From the human T2T-CHM13v2.0 reference genome, Homo sapiens, in the NCBI RefSeq assembly GCF_009914755.1, contig NC_060931.1: 64,000 bases of DNA; one strand, written 5' to 3'. Shown piece by piece: positions 46,089 through 61,183 of the stretch. Position 1 is the first letter of the stretch. Every line of letters starts with the position of its first letter. Below the pieces are notes generated by a model. That model had not been told where the DNA came from. It searched no databases and worked only from the letters and a program-made list of their open reading frames with translations. A program made the position numbers and the translations under genes.

Positions 46089-47169
46089 TTGATCACTAGT
46101 TATATCTCAGTTTGTAAGATTATGAGTGATTTTTGTCTATCCTTCTCATTTTCCAAATTTAACACAAAATTTATGATTTACATCTTAATCTTTATAAAGC
46201 ATAAATTACTCATTAATATATAACTACACCCCCATTGTAAAAGTCAAGCAATTTAAAAAAGAGCAAAATATAAAAATTCTCCTTTAACATTTTATCTTAC
46301 CAGTCCCCCATGGTGGGTTTGATTTCTCAAAAATAAGCACCAATAGCAATTTATGGATTTATCTTTTTAGGTATTTTACATTGCATATATAAACATGCAT
46401 ACATATGTAAGGAAACAGTCATATGCAGAGTTTTTTTTTTTAATTTATTGCTTACAGAAAACTGTAGAGGAGCTATATACTTCTAGTATAGTGTTTTGTT
46501 TAACACACACAATAATTTAACAGTCGCATAGCTACACAAGTAGTACTTCCCTACCAAATAAACTGTTTAACACCTATTGTCTCATGCCTGACCCTTCACA
46601 TTTTCATATCTGTTGGCCTCTGTGCTTTTGTGTTTATCACCTTGGATTTCCTTAATATTTTGTGAAATGCTTCAAAACACCCCCACACACACCCCAAATA
46701 AGCTGTTTGCATGTCAATATGTCTAGATCTTTTATACATAGTATTCTTTTCTACATAATATTCAATAGTACACATTGCTTTTATAATCAGAATTTTGAAA
46801 AGTACACATGATTTATTTTAAAAGGGTTTAGATGCAAATTTTCAAATTGCTTCAAGTTTCCTGAATGTGTCCCTGCCTGTTCATTAGCTGTGAAGCAGGA
46901 AGTCTCTTAGTCTCTGTTTAATTTTTCATCAAAGATGGTTTGTGAAAGGGTGCAGTGGTGATCTGGAAGGCATTCTTATACTGAATGGCTACATCAATAA
47001 AGACTCCTGTTTGTACAGTAGAAAAGCAAAATTATTATTTAGAAACTCCCCTGAGGAAACTTGCTTTTCACACAGAATGGATTATGTGTCTAAATGTCAA
47101 AGGAATTTCCATAGTTTTCATAAATACGCTTCATACCCAGAAAACAGCAGTTGGTTTAAGATTTTGTAA

Positions 47170-47530
<361 letters not shown>

Positions 47531-48321
47531 TAAACCTGTATTCCCTAAATATAGTATATGTATACACATAGGTATATATGAATATATTATATATTGCATA
47601 TATAATATGACATGTTATTGTTATATATTAATGTACAATATATTAATATTTTTTATATATAAAGGTTTTATACACACACCCACAGACAAATTAACTCCCC
47701 CAGGCACTCACCTGGCTTGGTCTCAGCAGGGTGTCGCAGATTGATCCCAGCAGTGAAAGGTAATTAGAAGTAATCCCAATCTTACTGGCATCTCTCAAAT
47801 CTCTCAAATATCATTAGAGAGGATCCAATGCATAGCCTATAGTAACAACAAATGCTCTTTCCTTATTCCTCTTCTTGCCCCTCACCACAAAAATCTGTCC
47901 AAGAGCCTCTCTCCCTATAGCTCACTCTAGTCCCTCCCCTTTCAAAGCCTAGAGTCCCTCCCCTTTCAAAGTCAATTCCCATCCTTGCTTCTCTGTTCTT
48001 CCCCACTGGATTTCCTGGGTTCTGTAGTTTAGGATCCTAGAATGGGGGCAGACGGGAAGATGGACCAGGAGATGGAAGGAGACAATCCTATCAGACACCA
48101 AGAGCTCCTCAGCACAAGGGAAAAGGGCACAAGAGATGGAATAAGATCTAGACACTTTTGTGTCATAATATTTTGTACTTGCTAAATATGTCTACAGAGA
48201 CTATATTTTTCAGATGAATTTTTATATACAAGGTCTAGAACTGGGCAGCATATTAAAGCTGGATTTTGGAAAATCAAGGGAGAGATTTTTGAGGGTTGTT
48301 TACTGGTTTTTTTCTTTAAAA

Positions 48322-50447
48322 CTTTTTTTTATTTCAATAGCTTGTGGGGTACAAGTAGCTTTTGGTTACATGGATGAATTGTATAGTGGTGAAGTCTTAA
48401 GATTTTAGTGGACACTGTACCTAATATGTAGTTTTTTATTCCTCATCCCCCAACCCTCCCCCTTCAGAGTCTCCAAAGTTCATTATATCACTCTGTATGC
48501 TTCTTTTGTACCCACAGCTCACGCTTGTAAGTGAGAACATATGGTATTTGATTTTCCATTCCTGAGTTACTTCATTTAGAATAATGGCCTTCAGCTCCAT
48601 TCAAGTTGCTGCAAAAGACATTATTTTGTTCTTTTTTATGGCTGAGTAGTATTTCATGGTGTATATGTAACAAATTTTCTTTATCCACTCATTGGTTAAT
48701 GGGCACTTAATTTGGTTCCATATCTTTGCAATTGTAAATTGTGCTGTAATAAACATATGCATGCAGGTGTCTTTTTGATAAAGTGACTTCTTTTCCTTTG
48801 GGTGGATACCCAGTAGTGGGATTACTAGATTGAGGTAGATCCACTTTTAGTTGTTTAAGAAATCATGCTGTTTTTCACCAGTTGTAGTCATTTACATTCC
48901 CATCAGCTGTGTATAAGTGTTCCTTTTGTGCCACATCCACCCCAATATCTACTGTTTTTGACTTTTTAAATAATGGCTACTCTTTCAGGAGTAAGGTGGT
49001 ATCTCACTGTGGTTTTAATTTGCATTTCTCTGATGTTTAGTGATGTTGAGCATTTTTGTTTGCTCCTGCCTATATAATTACTTATGCAATTACTTCACAA
49101 GTTACTGTGAAATGCCCCCATCCAATATTATATATTACATAACTATATATATTATATGTCATATTATATATGTAATATATAGTATATTCATATATACCTA
49201 TGTGTATGCATGTACGCAAATACTATATTTAGGGGATACAGCTTTAAATACTTAAATGCCAGTTTGGGCAACATGGCGAAACCTCGTCTCTACAAAAAAA
49301 CACAAAAAATTAGCCAGGTGTAGTGGTGCATATCTGTAATCTCAACTACTTGAGGGGCTGAGGCAGGAGGATATTTGTTAGTCATTTGTATATCTTCTTT
49401 TGAGAAATGTTTATTCATGTCACTTGCCCAATTTTTGATGGGATTATTTATTTTTTCTTACTGATTTGTTTGAACTTCTTGTAGATTCTGGATTTTAGTC
49501 CTTTGTTGGATGCACAGGTTTGCAAATATTTTCTCCCATTCCGTAGGTTGTCTGTTTATTCTCATGATTATTTATTTTGCTGTAGAGAAGCTTTTCAGTT
49601 TAATTAGGTCCCATTTATTTATTTGTTTTAGTTGCATTTGCTTTTGGGGTCTTAGTCATGAATTCTTTGCCTAGGCTGAGGTCCAGAATAGTTTTTCCTA
49701 GGTTTGCCATTAGAATTTTTATGGTTTCAGGTTTTAGATTTAAGTTTTTGATCCATCTTGAGTTGATTTTTGTATAAGGTGAGAGATAGAGATTCAGTTT
49801 CATTCTTCTACATGTGGCTGTCTAGTTTTCTCAGCACCATTTATTAAATAGGCTGTCCTGTCCCCAATTTACATTTTTTGTATGCTTTTGTGAAAGATCA
49901 GTTGGTTGTAAGTAATTGGCTTTATTTCTGGGTTCTCTATTCTGTTCCTTTGGTCTATGTGTCTACATTTATACCAGTACCATGCTGTTTTGGCAACTAT
50001 AGCCTTGTAGTATAATTTGAAGTCTGGTAACGTGATGCTTCCAGATTTGTTCTTTTTGCTTAAGATTGCTTTGGCTATTCAGGCTCTTTTTTGATTCCAT
50101 ATGAATTTTAGGATTGTTTTTTCTAATACCGTGGAAAATAATGTTGGTATTTTCATGGGAATTGCATTGAATCTGTAGATTGCTTTGGGCAGTGTGGTCA
50201 TTCACCATATTGATTCCTCCAATCCATGAGCATGGGGTGTGTTTCCATTTGTTTGTGTCACCTATGTATTCTTTCAGCAGTGTTTTGTAGTTTTCCTTGT
50301 AGAGATCTTTCATTTCCTTGGTTAAGTATATTCTTAGGTATTCTATTTTTTTGGCAGCTGTTGTAAAAGAGACTGAGTTATTGATTTGATTCTCAGCTTG
50401 GCAGTTGTTGGTTTATAGCAGTGCTAGTGATATGTGTACATTGATTT
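48322..50447 (-). mobile_element. 5'-truncated L1MA1/2-like (or L1PB) element, interrupted at 49058-49370
   Basis: L1 3' UTR and ORF2 remnants (49615-50313 in track). TSD-like tggtttttttctttaaaa (48304-48321) / tggtttgtttcttgaaaa (50448-50465). Confidence 0.88.
49058..49370. repeat. Templated insertion in L1 (inverted copy of ~47400-47650 plus direct copy of 50486-50510)
   Basis: 49123-49372 is the reverse complement of the AluJ part and unique AT-rich flank at ~47400-47650. caagttactgtgaaatgccccc matches caagttactgtggaatgccccc at 50486. Confidence 0.9.
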
Positions 50448-52146
50448 TGGTTTGTTTCTTGAAAAGAGGAGAGTAACACTGAGTGCAAGTTACTGTGGAA
50501 TGCCCCCTATCAGATACTATTTTGTTGAGCTAGCACAACATTGCTGAAAGGAATGTATCATTGCCTCTGTTTCATTCATGAGGAATGTAATGTGACCTTT
50601 GGTATATCTGTCCTTCCTTTCTGGTCAGAGTGAACTGAACCAGAGTCAGCTTGCTCCAGTGTGCATATGGCATGAGGTAAGCCAATCAGATATTCTCTTC
50701 CAGGAGTTTGGAATCAAGGTTCAGTGATAGCAGGGGCTGGAACTGTAACTTGTGAGTGAGTTAACCCTCTGAGAGACTGGGTCCTGGTCTGGAGAATCTT
50801 TGTTTGCTGACTCCCAAGATAGGACAGGCAATGCTGAGTGTTCACATCCAGCTGTAGAAGCCAGGAGAAAGTTGGTGCCCCTGCATGGAAGGGTTGAGAG
50901 ATTGAGGAGCCTGGTGGAATTGGGTGCAGAAGGGGGTGACCCAGGAGCACACTGGATGACGTATTTAGAGTAGGGGCAAAAGAGAAGAACCCTAATTAGA
51001 GGTGCTGCTGGGAAGATTTGGAGGCAGAGAATGGGTTTGAAGAATTTGCCTGGGAGTATGTAGGGTAACCCCTGCATTGTCCTGCGAACTCCTCAGTAAA
51101 GTCAGATGGGCCTCTTATGTTTTGGTGAGTGCAGAGCCCTGTGTCCATGCTTGTGTGAGACAAGAACAGGGGCTGGACAGGGGAACGGCTGGCATTTGGG
51201 CTAAATGGGCCAACTCAGATGTTATAGGAGGTACCTCTTGGCAGAGGAACAGATAAAGCTGGACAGTAGAGAGAAAAGAAGAAATATGCCATTAAGAGAG
51301 AAATAAAGGTGAGAGAAAGAGTGAAAGTCTTGCTTTGTGGGTGGTGGTGATGTCTTGTTAGCCACTAGTTCTGGTTCTAGTTCTGTCCTGAGGACTAGAT
51401 GGTCTCCTGCCCTTGCTTTCTGGGAGGCATTCTTGTATACTTATTATACATTCTCTTTTTTAGTTAACCTAGCTCAAAATTGGGTTCTGTTAATAGCTAT
51501 CAAAAACCTTAATAATTACAAGAAATCCATAGCACCTAGAATTTAAGTAAATCGAGCCAAGTCCTGTGGCTACTTAGCAGTAGGAGCTGGGTTCAGACCC
51601 ATCTCCTAGCGCTCTCTCCATCACACTCTGAGTGGCCACCCTGGCTGCCTCATTGTTTTGCAAATACACCGACCTCAGGAGCTCATGCTGATCCTATTAG
51701 AGTTTGCTCCTCCTGTCACAAACAGCCCTAGAGGCCACTTCCTCACCTCATTTAGGTCTCAATTCTAATGTCACTCAGAGATACCTACCCTGACAACCTC
51801 ATCTAAAATAGTCTCTAAATTCTTTCTTGTATACTTACTATAAATATTAAGTTTCTAGGCTTTACATATTTATTTATTTTTACTAAAACTTATTGCTACT
51901 AGAATTTATATTGCATGTTTATTTGTATACTTTTTTATCTACCTCCCCCCGTCCCCACCAGAATATAAGCTCTTTGAGGTCTGGGATCACCTTTCTTATC
52001 CATTGCTGTATTTTCAGTGCACTGACTAGAACTGCACCTGGCATATGGAAGATATCCATAAGTGTTTGTTTCATCAGTTCATTAAGCCTAGATCAATGCC
52101 ATTTTCATGGCCTTATAATATTTGATCACAAACCTAGGAACACTCA

Positions 52147-52567
<421 letters not shown>

Positions 52568-53689
52568 TTATCAGAACAAAACAAAATACGTGTACATTCA
52601 TTTCTAGTTGTTCTTTCACAGTTTTTCTGGCCTGGGAAAACAAAGCTTCAGTGACAGTCAAAACGCTTTTGTTCCTATGATACCACACTTTAAATTGCAA
52701 ATGGTATCTACCTTGTTCTTGGCTTCATGTTATTTTCTGGGTCTGTTTTAAAAGATTGTTCACTGTGTTCATGCTCACTGTGTCCAGTCGGCCTGAGATG
52801 GTCTGGCTTGCTGAGAGTAGCCTGTCCCCACAGCTGTATGGGAGGAGAGCTGCTAGGACCTCAAAATGTCCAAATAGTGGCACTCACAGGAAGTCAGGAA
52901 GGGCGAGCTGAGGGAGGAAGCAGAGGAAATGGGATGTGCTCCCATCTGAGCCTGACTAGGATCTCTCAGTTTATAATTTTGAAACCCGACTATCAAACAG
53001 AGGGTTACTTTAGCTGTGGCTTTCAGACCCTGGTCCCCGTGTAGCCATGTCAATGGTAGCCCCTGACTAGCTACCCTGACACGCCTGCTATTTCATCCGT
53101 TGCTTTTAACAATGGGCTAATGAAAGGATGCAAGTAGCCGGAGAGTTAGCACCAGTCCATAACCAACACTGAAAAAATGGAACTGAAGAATTTAATAATA
53201 ATATTAATTTGTGCTTGTATGTTACTCTTTCATGTTAACTTCTTCACTTTCATAGCACTTAATTTTAATCGATAAGAAACTCACTGTGATTTGGTGGCTG
53301 AGTGTGGTTGTTCAGCTAGTGAGTAGTAAGGTCTGGACTCAAACTCAGATCTCTTGACTGCAAGATCAGGGCTCTTTCCACCGCAGCTGCCTCCCTATGT
53401 CTGCATTCAAAGAATGGCTTGCTATACAATTTATTTTCGTGATTATGTTACATTGCCAAATAAGCACGGTCTTTTAGAGTCACAAATTCAGAGAAAGCTA
53501 AAGATAAATCAGCAGCCTGAAAAAGACAGTTAGTAGTCTTTATTTGGTAAATCACAACACGAAGCCAGACCTTGACCCAAATTTGATGGTAGCCTTGTTT
53601 CTAATGAGGGCCCTGTCTGATGCAAGTGAAAAATGCAGTAACTCAGATTTATAGGCAGCCATCTCCATGCCTGGGGAGGCAGTGCCTGG

Positions 53690-54200
53690 AGCCTTCTCAT
53701 CTGGCTTGCTGAGTCAAAGTCACTAAGTCTTTCTGCTCCAGAAACCACAAAAGTCACTTTGTTCTTTGACTTAGTCCTGCCAAAATTCAAAACTTGGTGA
53801 AATCGTTGAAATGGCCAGCCAGATGCCATTCCTTCACCAGACTCCCGATAGAAAATGACGTCGTGAAAAAATGACGTCGTGAGTTCAGCAACTCCCTAGC
53901 TAATTCCTGAGATTTCAAAGGCATTAGTAATTAATTCCACTTCTCCCTTCCTTCCACTAGCCACTCATGTCAAATAAGGGGAGTCAATGTTTGCTTGAAT
54001 TACGCAGATAATTGCTTATTCTTTCCACTTGCCTAGGCATGTTCTGAAAGCCTAGATAACAATTACCACAGGAAGTGGTGACTTTCCATCTCACCTCTTT
54101 GCTTTGTTTATCATTTTAAAAAATGAACTGTGATCAGACAGATATTCCAATGCCCAGGGGCTGAGATGTGTAAACAGAGAAGATGGTAGAAGGGAAGGGC
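53690..54200. promoter_or_regulatory. Candidate distal enhancer or CRE-containing promoter
   Basis: Non-repeat-looking segment with AP-1 TGAGTCA (53710-53716), two TGACGTCG CRE-like sites (53852-53882), ETS ACAGGAAGTG (54068-54077) and FOX TGTAAACA (54169-54176). Confidence 0.4.
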
Positions 54201-54338
54201 CCTGAGCTTGCTCAGAAAGTTACAGGTGGAAGAAAGGCCTTGGGGAGAGTAAGAAAGCATAAAGACATCTCTTTAACCTTCCTTTTAAAGTCTTAAAGTT
54301 TGTGATGCAGCAATTAAACTTCTGAGAATTTACCTTTA

Positions 54339-54770
54339 TGTCAGTCAGGGTCTAACCTGGAAAAGAGAAAGCTCTCTGAGTGTTCAGAGCAGAGATCAAT
54401 GCAGGGAAGTGGTTGCTAGGGTAAGGGGTGCACCCCAGAGCTGAGCACCACCAAGAAGCCCTCTAGCTGCTGGGCTGAGGGGACCTGGGTGACAGGTGGT
54501 GTCATCAGAGCTGGGACCTTGATGGGCCTGCCTGGCAGCGGTGAGACCAGTGGGGAGAGACATGGCTGCTGGAGCCTGAGCTTCTCCCCGCCCCCCTAGC
54601 CAGTCTCCCATTGCACAAACCCAGCTGGAAACCAAGGGACTCAGGGCCCTGAAAAGCCCAGCCTGCATGGGGTCACACAGCCCTGTGACATAGGGCAGAA
54701 CTGGGGGAGGGCAAGAAATGGATCCAAGAGCTCACCGGCCCAAGGAAGCAACCTAAAAAGAAATCATCAA
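54339..54770. mobile_element. Old ERVL-type LTR remnant (LTR16/LTR33-like)
   Basis: tgtcagtcagggtctaacctggaaaagagaaa...tctcccattgcacaaacccagctggaaaccaaggg resembles this group; highly diverged. Confidence 0.45.
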
Positions 54771-57700
54771 TAAGTAAATGTTTGTGAATGGATAGAAAAA
54801 GTCACAGATTCTTGTACCTAAAGACTAAGTTTGGATTTAAGATAAGTGAGATAACGAGAAATCATTCCAGAAAAAGAAGTCCTGGAAAATATATCAGGCG
54901 AAGGATAGGTGGAATAAAAGCTAGAGTTAGGAGAAGTAAAAATAGACTATGTACTTGTTAAATGATAAGACGGAGAGAAACAACCCGAGTCAAAGTAGAT
55001 AAAACATGCCACGACAAACTGCAAATTACAGCTCAAGTTCTCACAAATGAGTTGGACCTCATTTATAAGGGGAGAGTGTCAAAATAATTCCCTGTGAGAT
55101 GTGACATGGGACGAAGCAGTGACAAAGAATCACAGAAGACAAACCTTTATCTTGAGGTCTTACCACACACTCAGGCACAAATTCGGTGTGCTGAGAGGCT
55201 GGAGTCCATGTCCTGATAGGTGATGGGGAATAAAGGATGAAATTGACAAAGAAACAGTGACACGAGGTCACAGTAAAGCTGTGGTATAGGCCTTTGAGGG
55301 CATGAACAGAATAAGATCAAAAAGCAACAGGAAACTTGAAGAGAGGATTCCCAAAGGAAAACCCAATTTTTATTTTGCCAAGAAAAGCCTAAACAAACAA
55401 AAGCTATATATCGCTGAAGAAATAGGAGAACAACAACAACAAAAAAATCCCAGAATAAAGCCAGGTCTTTACGTTGAATTCATTTAGATAAAATAAAACT
55501 CATTACATTGTCCTATTTTTCTCTATGTGTTACAAAGTGGTATTCGGTAAGCACTGGATTTTATGACCCCTGAATTTCTTCCTAGTCCTAAGATTCTACG
55601 ATCTTGGCCTGTTTCGTTAAAGCGGTTGTGGTTCTGTGTCGGGCATTAGGTGAAGAGACTATTAGGGTTAAGAGCAGATTTTAATTTAATTGATATCCAA
55701 CCAGATGATCGACTTGTCACCAATCGCCACTGAAGAACTGTATTGATAATGGGAAAATTAATCTCCTTAACAGTAGGAAGGAGGAAATGTGTTGGCCACA
55801 CTCTCATCCCCAATGACCCTTCACCATGTTTGTACCAGATGAACTTGACTTTCTTTGGCTGAAGCTCTTTGGACACACTTAGCATCTAACCCAAGAGCAA
55901 ACAATCTCTAAATTGGTCCGAAATTTAGGGAGTGGCCTGGTGCAAGAAATACCATCCATACAGAGACGAGGGACCTAAACAGACTCTAGCTCCTTTTGAG
56001 AATTTGACTGTGAGATATGTGTAGAAAGAATTTAATTCCTCATTGTGTTAATGGTGGGGCAATTGTCAAGCTGGAGACTTCCTGATACCAAAAGATTTAG
56101 CAGCTCTCCTTTAGTGGCCCAGTTCAGCAGTGTAGCTCCGTGAGTGGTTCCTGGAAGCTTCATCTTGAGTCTTTCTTTTCCCCTCCCAATGACGCTACAA
56201 GCCATTTAATATCCATTCCTGCTTAAACCGGTTAGAGTGGATTCTGTTCTCTGAAACTTACCAAATGTAATTCCTGCATTAAAGGTATTACAGCCTTTTG
56301 GGGAGATAGACATGTGAACAAATCTATGAGGGTAATGCACTTTCAGGTACATACCTGGTGCACTGGGAGCATAGAGGAGTGAGCGCCTAAACTCAAGGAA
56401 GCCGAGGAATGACTCACACTGAAACTTGAGAGAAGACACTGCCCAGGTTGCAGGTGCTAAGTCAAAGACCCATGCATTTGAGGGCTGCACGGAGCTTCAG
56501 GCATAATCTGCAGGCAAAAAGGCATTGCCCTGTGTGGTTACAAATGCAAATACTGAAGGCAGAGAGATGAAATAACCAGCTCAAGGCTTAACAATTAGTT
56601 TCGTAGTCCACACTGGAGCACAGGTCTGATTCCCAGGTCAGTGTTGATTTAGGTAATATTCATGGACTCCTACATTTATCATGTGTGGATAAATGTTACA
56701 ACAGAATGGAGAAAGTGGGCATATGACAAAATGTTTACGGAACAAGAAAGGTGAGAGAGTTGAGAAGTATGAAGCTGTTTGGCAGCCCCTGTGAGTGCCC
56801 TGAACCAAGGTGGCTGGAGCCCTTTCTGACTGTTCTGCCCAATGGGCCTTACAGGGCCATCTGCAGGGGGTGCCATAGCACAGTTCTGTCACATCAGCCC
56901 TTTGCCTGCTGTCTGCCTCATGTGGGGCAGTGGTCTGGTGTTGATTAGTCATTGTGGTCTGTCCCACAAAACAAAGAGCACCTGTTATCCTGGACACTGG
57001 ACAGAGGAGAAGGGGGAGAGTGTGGCTAGATTTACTCAAATGTGTGACTGCTTTTGCAAAGACATTCTGGGAACCATGCTCCTACCTTCATCTCCCACAT
57101 CTAGGAGGCATTTGTCCATCTCTTCACCATCCCTCCCTCCCTTCATATATCTCTTGCTATTCTCTGTACCTATGTATTCCTATATCTACAGCTATTAACA
57201 TCAAATACTTATCTAGTGCTTACTATGTGTCAGGCAGTGCTCCAAGTGCTTTATGTTGATGAACTCAATTAATGTAGTCCTTACAACGGCCCTGTGATGT
57301 GGGTATTCTCTCATTTTCCAAGGAAGGAAACTAGACACATGGAGGCTAAGTCAACTGCTTAAGGCCACACATCTTATATCTACCTGTTCACCCACCTTCA
57401 TGTTTACATCGCTTCTCTTTCCTCAAAGGGTGACTCTCTCATCCCATTGATCACCAGGTTTGTCGGTTCTATTTCCTAAATACTCCTCAATTTGCCCCCT
57501 TGGCTCTTTTCATCCTGCTTCTATTTTACCCAGTATAGGCTTCCTCCCCTGTCACCAGCCACTCCTGGTTTTGGATGATTGTCATAGTTTTCTAGCCAGT
57601 CACTCTGATTTCAACCTCCCCTTCCTCTTCCTCCATCCTGCACAAACGTACCCCAGCACAGGTAGCATGGTTTTTCTAAAACAGCATTTCCCAAGGAAGC

Positions 57701-57828
57701 TGCCTTGAGGCTTGAGGAACATCTAGCATGCCCGGCCTTGGACTTCTAGATGGCAATAGCACCTCTCAGTCATTGTGAGAAACAGATGCCCCAGACATTT
57801 TCAGACCGCTTAGCTGAGAATCTCTATT

Positions 57829-57830
<2 letters not shown>

Positions 57831-57873
<43 letters not shown>
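57831..57873. repeat. (AC)n microsatellite, about 21 units
   Basis: Read directly. Confidence 0.97.
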
Positions 57874-57875
<2 letters not shown>

Positions 57876-57914
57876 TCAACTCCCTTAAATCTATTTAAAA
57901 CCCTCAAATAGGTT

Positions 57915-58810
57915 TATGCATTCAACAAATATTTGTTAATCCCTTACCATGTCACGCACTGGGCTAGGTAGTAAGAAGAGTTGGTGAATAAACAATCCTC
58001 ATGAAGCACACTGTGTAGAGGGCATGAGAGATGCCGAATAGCTGCTCACAGATGTGCTCAGTGTTGCACAGAAGTGTGAGTGGGGGGCAACAGGAGCCGG
58101 AGGAACCAGGAACGGCCCCTGCAGGATCTAAGATTTAAGCTGCAACCCGCAGGATGAGCAGGACTCAGCTGGTGAAGTGGACAGCGGAGAGAGGATGAGC
58201 ATCCTGGCCAGAAAGAGCCACATAGGCACAGTTCCTGATGAGAAGCAGGGCACGTGGAGTCCCACAACAGAAAGAAACCTGGCAAGGCTAGGGCAGAGTG
58301 CTGAGTGTGGAGGGCGCAGGGGTGGGCTCCAGAAGGGGGCATGAGAAAGAGGCAGGTCATGCAGGGCCTGATGGGGTCACAGCAAGGGTACTGGCCTTCA
58401 TCCCAAGACAAACAAAGTTGTTGGTTTAAAATCAACTTCACAGAGGTATAATTTAAAAACAGTAAAATGCCCTTTTGTTGAGTGTGTGGCTCATTGAGTA
58501 GCCACCACAGCCAAGATACAGCACATCACTCAGAAATTCCCTCCTGCTTCTTTGCAGTTAGTCCCTGGCCCCTGGTAACTGCTGTTCCTTGTTCTGATTC
58601 AACTGTTGCTTGCTATAGATTTAAAGAAAGGGGTCTGAAGGATCTGTCAGGCTGCAGTGTGGACAACAGATCAGAGGAGAGCAAGAATAGATGGGAGAGA
58701 GCCATTAGCAAGCTGTGGTCGTACCACAGGCAAGAGCTGGATTGTGACAATGGCAGCAGGGATGAAGAGGATGGAAAGGCATGACACATGAGAGAGGCAT
58801 TTAGGATGGA
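57915..58810 (-). mobile_element. L2 fragments (interrupted)
   Basis: cattcaacaaatatttgttaatcccttaccatgtcacgcactgggctagg start, followed by typical L2 antisense segments. Confidence 0.55.
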
Positions 58811-59269
58811 ATCCAGGTCCTCTGCATGGCCCCCAAGGCCCTGAACCCAACAGCCCAAACCCATCCTTCCCGCTGAAAGTCCACAGATGCTAAGCTCCAG
58901 CCAAGAGAGCTGCTCCCCACTTCCGGGGCCAACCAAGCTCCTCCACACATACAAGCCTTCGCATGTGCTGTTACCTTTCCCTGGAAGTGTCCTTTCTCCC
59001 TGTCAGTGCATCGAGTCCTCTTTCATGACCCAGCATAAAAGTCATCTGTTCCATATTTTCCACTTAAATTATGTCCTTTACGTGAAATATTCACTGTCAG
59101 TAGCTAAAAGCTGCAGAGTAGATAGATTTCTAAATCTCTTCTTGATCACAATGTATAAAATTAATTTGAAATTTGAGTTTTTAAATACAAATTCTTATTT
59201 GTTTAAAAAATACATACTCTTGATTAATTGGACTGGAATACCCTTAATAAAGGGGCAATCTAATTGATT

Positions 59270-60095
59270 TTTTTTAATAGGCTTTTAATTTTAGGATGTT
59301 TTAAATTTACAGAAAATTATGAAGATAGTACAGAGAATTCTTATATGTCTCACATTCAGTTCTCCCTACTAACATTAATTAATTAGTAACATTAGACCTA
59401 TTTTAGTACAGTACATTTGTTACAATGAATGAACCAGTGTGGATATGTTATTATTAACTAAAATCTATACTTTTCCTTTTTCCCTGATACCCTTTTTCTG
59501 TCCCCGGATCTCACTGGGACACCATGTTACAGTCAGTGCTTGTGTCTCCTTAGGCTCCTCTTGGCTGTGGCGGTTTTCCTTGTTTTTGCTGACCTTGATA
59601 CTTTTTCTGTGTTTGTGTTGTTGTTGTTCATTTTTAAAAATTGTGTTAAAATATACATAACATAAAATTTAAAATTTTCACCATTTTAAGTTGTACAGTT
59701 CAGCAGCATTAGTACATTCACACTGTTGTGTAGCCATCATCACCATCCATCTCCAGAACTTTTCTATCATCTCAAACTGAAACTCTCTACCCCTTAAATA
59801 CTAACTCCCCATCCTTCCTTTCCCCAAGACCCTGGCAATCACCATTCAACTTTCTGTCTCTGAATTTGACTATTCTAGGTACTTCATATAAAAGTCATCA
59901 TATAGTATTTGTCCTTTTGTGTTTGGCTTATTTCACTTGATATAATGTTCTCAAGGTATATCCACATTGTAACATGTCTTTTATTCTTTTTTAAAGGTGA
60001 CTAATAATCTATTGTTTGTATACACCACGATTTGTTTATCTATTCATCCAAGATGGACATTTGGATTGTTTACACCTTTGGGCTATTGTATGTAA
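59270..60095 (-). mobile_element. L1MC/L1MB 3' end fragments
   Basis: aaatatacataacataaaattt...catccatctccagaactttt...gaatttgactattctaggtacttcatata. Confidence 0.75.
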
Positions 60096-60212
60096 TTGAC
60101 TTTTAAATTGTCAAATATTATTGCTACATTACTTCCTGGAAGAAGGCCAAAAAACCCAAAGGTACTAAAACCTGCATAGAAACTGATCCTTTCAGTTAAA
60201 AAACAGTTTTAA

Positions 60213-60622
<410 letters not shown>

Positions 60623-61183
60623 TCAGCATTGCAAAATATATATCTATTTAAGGAAAAAGGTAATAACAAAAATGGATAATGGTCTACAGAGAAGGGGAAT
60701 ATGAAATCTTCATAGAAGAAGTGATATTAGAGCAGGGTTTTGAAGGCTAAATAGGAGTTCGTCAGGCAAATAAGTGGAAGAAGTGTATTCCAAGAGAGGA
60801 AACAGCACATGCAAAGTCAGGAAATAATACTGTATTTTGTGTATATGCAAATCATGACCATTCAGGTTTGCTGGTGTGTGCATGTCCAGGTTGGGGGCTT
60901 GGGAGGTTGGGCGCTTATGGTCAAAAGCAGACCCTGATGCCAGAACACCTGGGTTCAAGTCTCAGCATTACCACTTAAAAAATCTGTGTAAATTTGAACA
61001 AAATTCTTTTTACATTTTTATTTTTTTCTCACAAGCCTTTGGAAAGAATTGAATGCAATTCTTGACCACACTTTAAAAATTATCTTTCTATAAGGACAGG
61101 GGAGAAGGGATGAGAAAATAATGCCATCACCTAAGGACTTTTGTGAATATTAAATCAAATAACTCACATAAAATACAGAGCAT

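Noticed and set aside
55640-55890. Possible NUMT or coding remnant
   Set aside because: Only a superficial impression; translation does not match any mitochondrial or nuclear protein I recognise.
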